Under the pieces are notes generated by a model. That model did no database searches and was not told the DNA's origin. It saw only the letters and a list, made by a program, of their open reading frames with translations. Below, in pieces: positions 33,091 to 34,773 of a DNA stretch of 34,773 bases (within the stretch, counting starts at the first letter, position 1; each line of letters begins with the position of its first letter). The DNA is from Kofleriaceae bacterium (GTDB lineage: Bacteria; Myxococcota_A; Polyangia; Haliangiales; Haliangiaceae): the NCBI GenBank assembly GCA_035698865.1, contig DASSBL010000298.1, positions 1 to 34,773 on the forward strand, written 5' to 3'. Made by a program: the position numbers and the translations under genes.

Positions 33091-34773
33091 ATGGCGAGCG
33101 GGATCCGATTTTCACCCGGCGGAAACCTCGTCGCCTTTCGCGAGGGCGATGCGATCTCGGTGGTGAGCGTTCCCGGGCTGCGCGCACGCGGCCGCATCGA
33201 GGCCAGAAATCTGGCCGACTTCGCGCTGTTCGACGATCAGGTGTGGGTGGTCTGTGCCGATCCAGCCGAGATCCGGACCTTTGCGGTCACCGGTGAGGCC
33301 ATCGCCGGACCGGTGGCGGTTCCCGGAGGCCCGGCCACGCTGCGGCCATCGCCCTTTGGCCCGCCATCGGCGCTGCTCCTGGCCAAGACCCTCACCCGGA
33401 TCACCACCGATCACGATCAGCTCGCCCTCTTGCCCATCGAAGGCGCGTTCGATTTCGCGCTGCCGCTGGATGGAACCACCATCGCCGCGGTGGTCAAAGA
33501 TGCCCTGTGGATCGGCCGCGGAGAGGTTCCGGCGTGGAAGACCTTCCCGGTGCGTCTGCCGGCCGCGGCCAGCGACGGCTCGGCTCTGTTCGAAGCGCGC
33601 ACGGTAGCGCTGGTCACCGGCGAGCATCTTCTGGTCTACGCGGTGGACGGCGGCGCCCTGCTCCACAAGCTCAGACTGCGCGCGATCAATGCAGCCAGAT
33701 TTTCAGCCCAGCGGGGCTACGCGGTGTTGCGCGGCGGCGACAGCAAGCTCGTGGCCATCGATCTCCGGATCGGGCGGGTCATCAAGACCTTCGATGAGGA
33801 GCGCCGGATCGTCGATTTCGCCATCGACGCGGGCGGCCAGCACCTGGTGCTCTTGCTCGGCAACGACAACGGCCGGCCGGAACCGGTGTACACCACCTTC
33901 AAGGCACTGCTCGCCGCCGAGCCCGCGGCTCCGGCGGATGCGTCGCCCAGCGAACCCGGCGAGGCTGCCCCCGCCGCCGAAGAAGAGCCCGACGCCGATC
34001 GCGATCGCCGATCGCGGCAGAGTGCGCGCGCCGCCACCCGCCGCGCCGCGGATAGCGAGGCCAGAAATCCAGCCCACGATGATGGCGAGGAATCCGCCGG
34101 CCCGATTGCGGTCCCCGAGCTTTGCGCGCTGTCCCCGCGGATCGATGTCCCCCTGGCCGACGAGACTCTCAACACCCGCTGGCTCGGCGCCCAGCTCAAG
34201 TTCATCGGCGCCCTGTGTCACCGCGCCATCGCCAGCGCGTGGAACAGCGGTCGCCTCGCCTTCGAGGATCGCGGCCCGCTGCCGTTTCACAGCGAGGTCC
34301 CGGCCATCCTCGGCCGCGGCGGCGAGCTGGCCAAAGATGAGCTTGCGCGCGCCAATAACCACCTGGCCAAGGCCGCGGCGGCCGCCCGCGCCATCGACCA
34401 GGAGCTGGCCGCGACCGGCCGCGTCCCCGGGATCACCGCCCTGCGCAAAGAGCTCGGCCTGTCCGAGATCGCGGTCCGGATCCTCCTCACCATCGCCGCA
34501 CCGAGCCTGTGGGGCGAGCTTTCCCGGCTCTACGGCATCCTCGCCAACGACGTGAGCCGGCCCCTTTGCGACGAGCTTCTGGTGTGCCAGATAAGCGGCG
34601 CCAGCGAATCGACCCGCGCGGCCATCGCCCGCGAGCTCGATCCCGATCAGCCCCTATCTCGATACGGCATCATCCGCTTCGATCACAGCCGCGCGCGGCC
34701 GTTTCAGGGGATGAGCCTCGCACCGTCGGTGATCCGCCGCATCCAGGGTCAGCTCACGGCCCCGGGCCCGGGC
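33091..34773 (+). CDS. large hypothetical protein, N-terminal 561 codons (3' end outside the window)
   Basis: I hand-translated frame 1 from the ATG at 33091 to the window end and found no stop (MASGIRFSPGGNLVAFREGD ... VIRRIQGQLTAPGPG). GC3 is high. It is absent from the ORF track because it has no stop in the window. The track ORFs 33689..34555 (+) and 33703..34362 (-) are its shadows. Confidence 0.75.
   Translation, partial: MASGIRFSPGGNLVAFREGDAISVVSVPGLRARGRIEARNLADFALFDDQVWVVCADPAEIRTFAVTGEAIAGPVAVPGGPATLRPSPFGPPSALLLAKTLTRITTDHDQLALLPIEGAFDFALPLDGTTIAAVVKDALWIGRGEVPAWKTFPVRLPAAASDGSALFEARTVALVTGEHLLVYAVDGGALLHKLRLRAINAARFSAQRGYAVLRGGDSKLVAIDLRIGRVIKTFDEERRIVDFAIDAGGQHLVLLLGNDNGRPEPVYTTFKALLAAEPAAPADASPSEPGEAAPAAEEEPDADRDRRSRQSARAATRRAADSEARNPAHDDGEESAGPIAVPELCALSPRIDVPLADETLNTRWLGAQLKFIGALCHRAIASAWNSGRLAFEDRGPLPFHSEVPAILGRGGELAKDELARANNHLAKAAAAARAIDQELAATGRVPGITALRKELGLSEIAVRILLTIAAPSLWGELSRLYGILANDVSRPLCDELLVCQISGASESTRAAIARELDPDQPLSRYGIIRFDHSRARPFQGMSLAPSVIRRIQGQLTAPGPG
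33201..33216. repeat. Exact copy 3 of the 16-mer GGCCAGAAATCTGGCC
   Basis: Read directly. It lies inside the open-ended plus-strand CDS, read as GCC AGA AAT CTG GCC (ARNLA). Confidence 0.9.

Noticed and set aside
33079-33093. Stop-codon read-through or fusion of the ligase with the downstream ORF (same frame, TAG plus 3 codons).
   Set aside because: Sharing a frame has a one-in-three chance. The downstream sequence does not restore the missing A10 motif, and I recognised no read-through context.
33689-34555. A 288-aa plus-strand ORF, with the 219-aa minus-strand ORF 33703..34362.
   Set aside because: They are off-frame or antisense shadows of the unlisted frame-1 ORF starting at 33091. Their translations are Pro/Arg/Ser/Ala low-complexity sequence.

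Overview
This is a 34.8-kb, very GC-rich segment (about 70% by eye, with strong G/C at codon position 3). It looks like ordinary chromosome. The gene content (membrane Ser/Thr kinase, FHA-GGDEF, PilZ, TPR proteins and lipoproteins, DUF4159/BatA-type genes) suggests Myxococcota, but that is inference only. I call 33 protein-coding genes in short, tightly packed operons with many 1-4 nt start/stop overlaps. Two genes are cut by the window edges and are missing from the supplied ORF track (3..164 and 33091..34773). Recognisable functions, in order: alpha/beta hydrolase and quinone oxidoreductase (divergent); a beta-rich secreted protein, ABC ATPase, ABC-2 permease, small membrane protein and GNAT operon; DUF4159 plus a BatA/VWA membrane protein; MscS channel; SDR; a ferritin-like diiron protein plus an M24 peptidase; the M3 dipeptidase Dcp; an operon of Ser/Thr kinase, TPR protein and polyglycine lipoprotein; DAG-kinase-like lipid kinase; CDF transporter; a fold-type II PLP enzyme divergent from egtB-egtD (ergothioneine); a lower-GC VapBC-type toxin-antitoxin pair; FHA-GGDEF cyclase; lipoprotein plus pgi; a PBP transpeptidase; a TPR/beta-barrel protein with a 33-bp coding tandem repeat; an atypical AMP-dependent ligase; and a large open-ended ORF. 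I recognised no rRNA, tRNA, CRISPR array, transposase or integrase. Many long ORFs in the track are antisense or off-frame shadows typical of high-GC DNA. I found no recognisable defence system beyond VapBC. The observations most worth follow-up are: (1) the kinase operon, whose lipoprotein resembles ALK/LTK-type glycine-rich domains; (2) an exact quasi-palindromic 16-mer (GGCCAGAAATCTGGCC) present three times inside unrelated genes using rare codons; (3) a roughly 51% GC convergent spacer with phased DnaA-box-like repeats; (4) egtBD with a divergent candidate C-S lyase; (5) an ANL ligase with a degenerate P-loop and no A10 lysine. All family assignments come from reading motifs by eye. No database search was possible.
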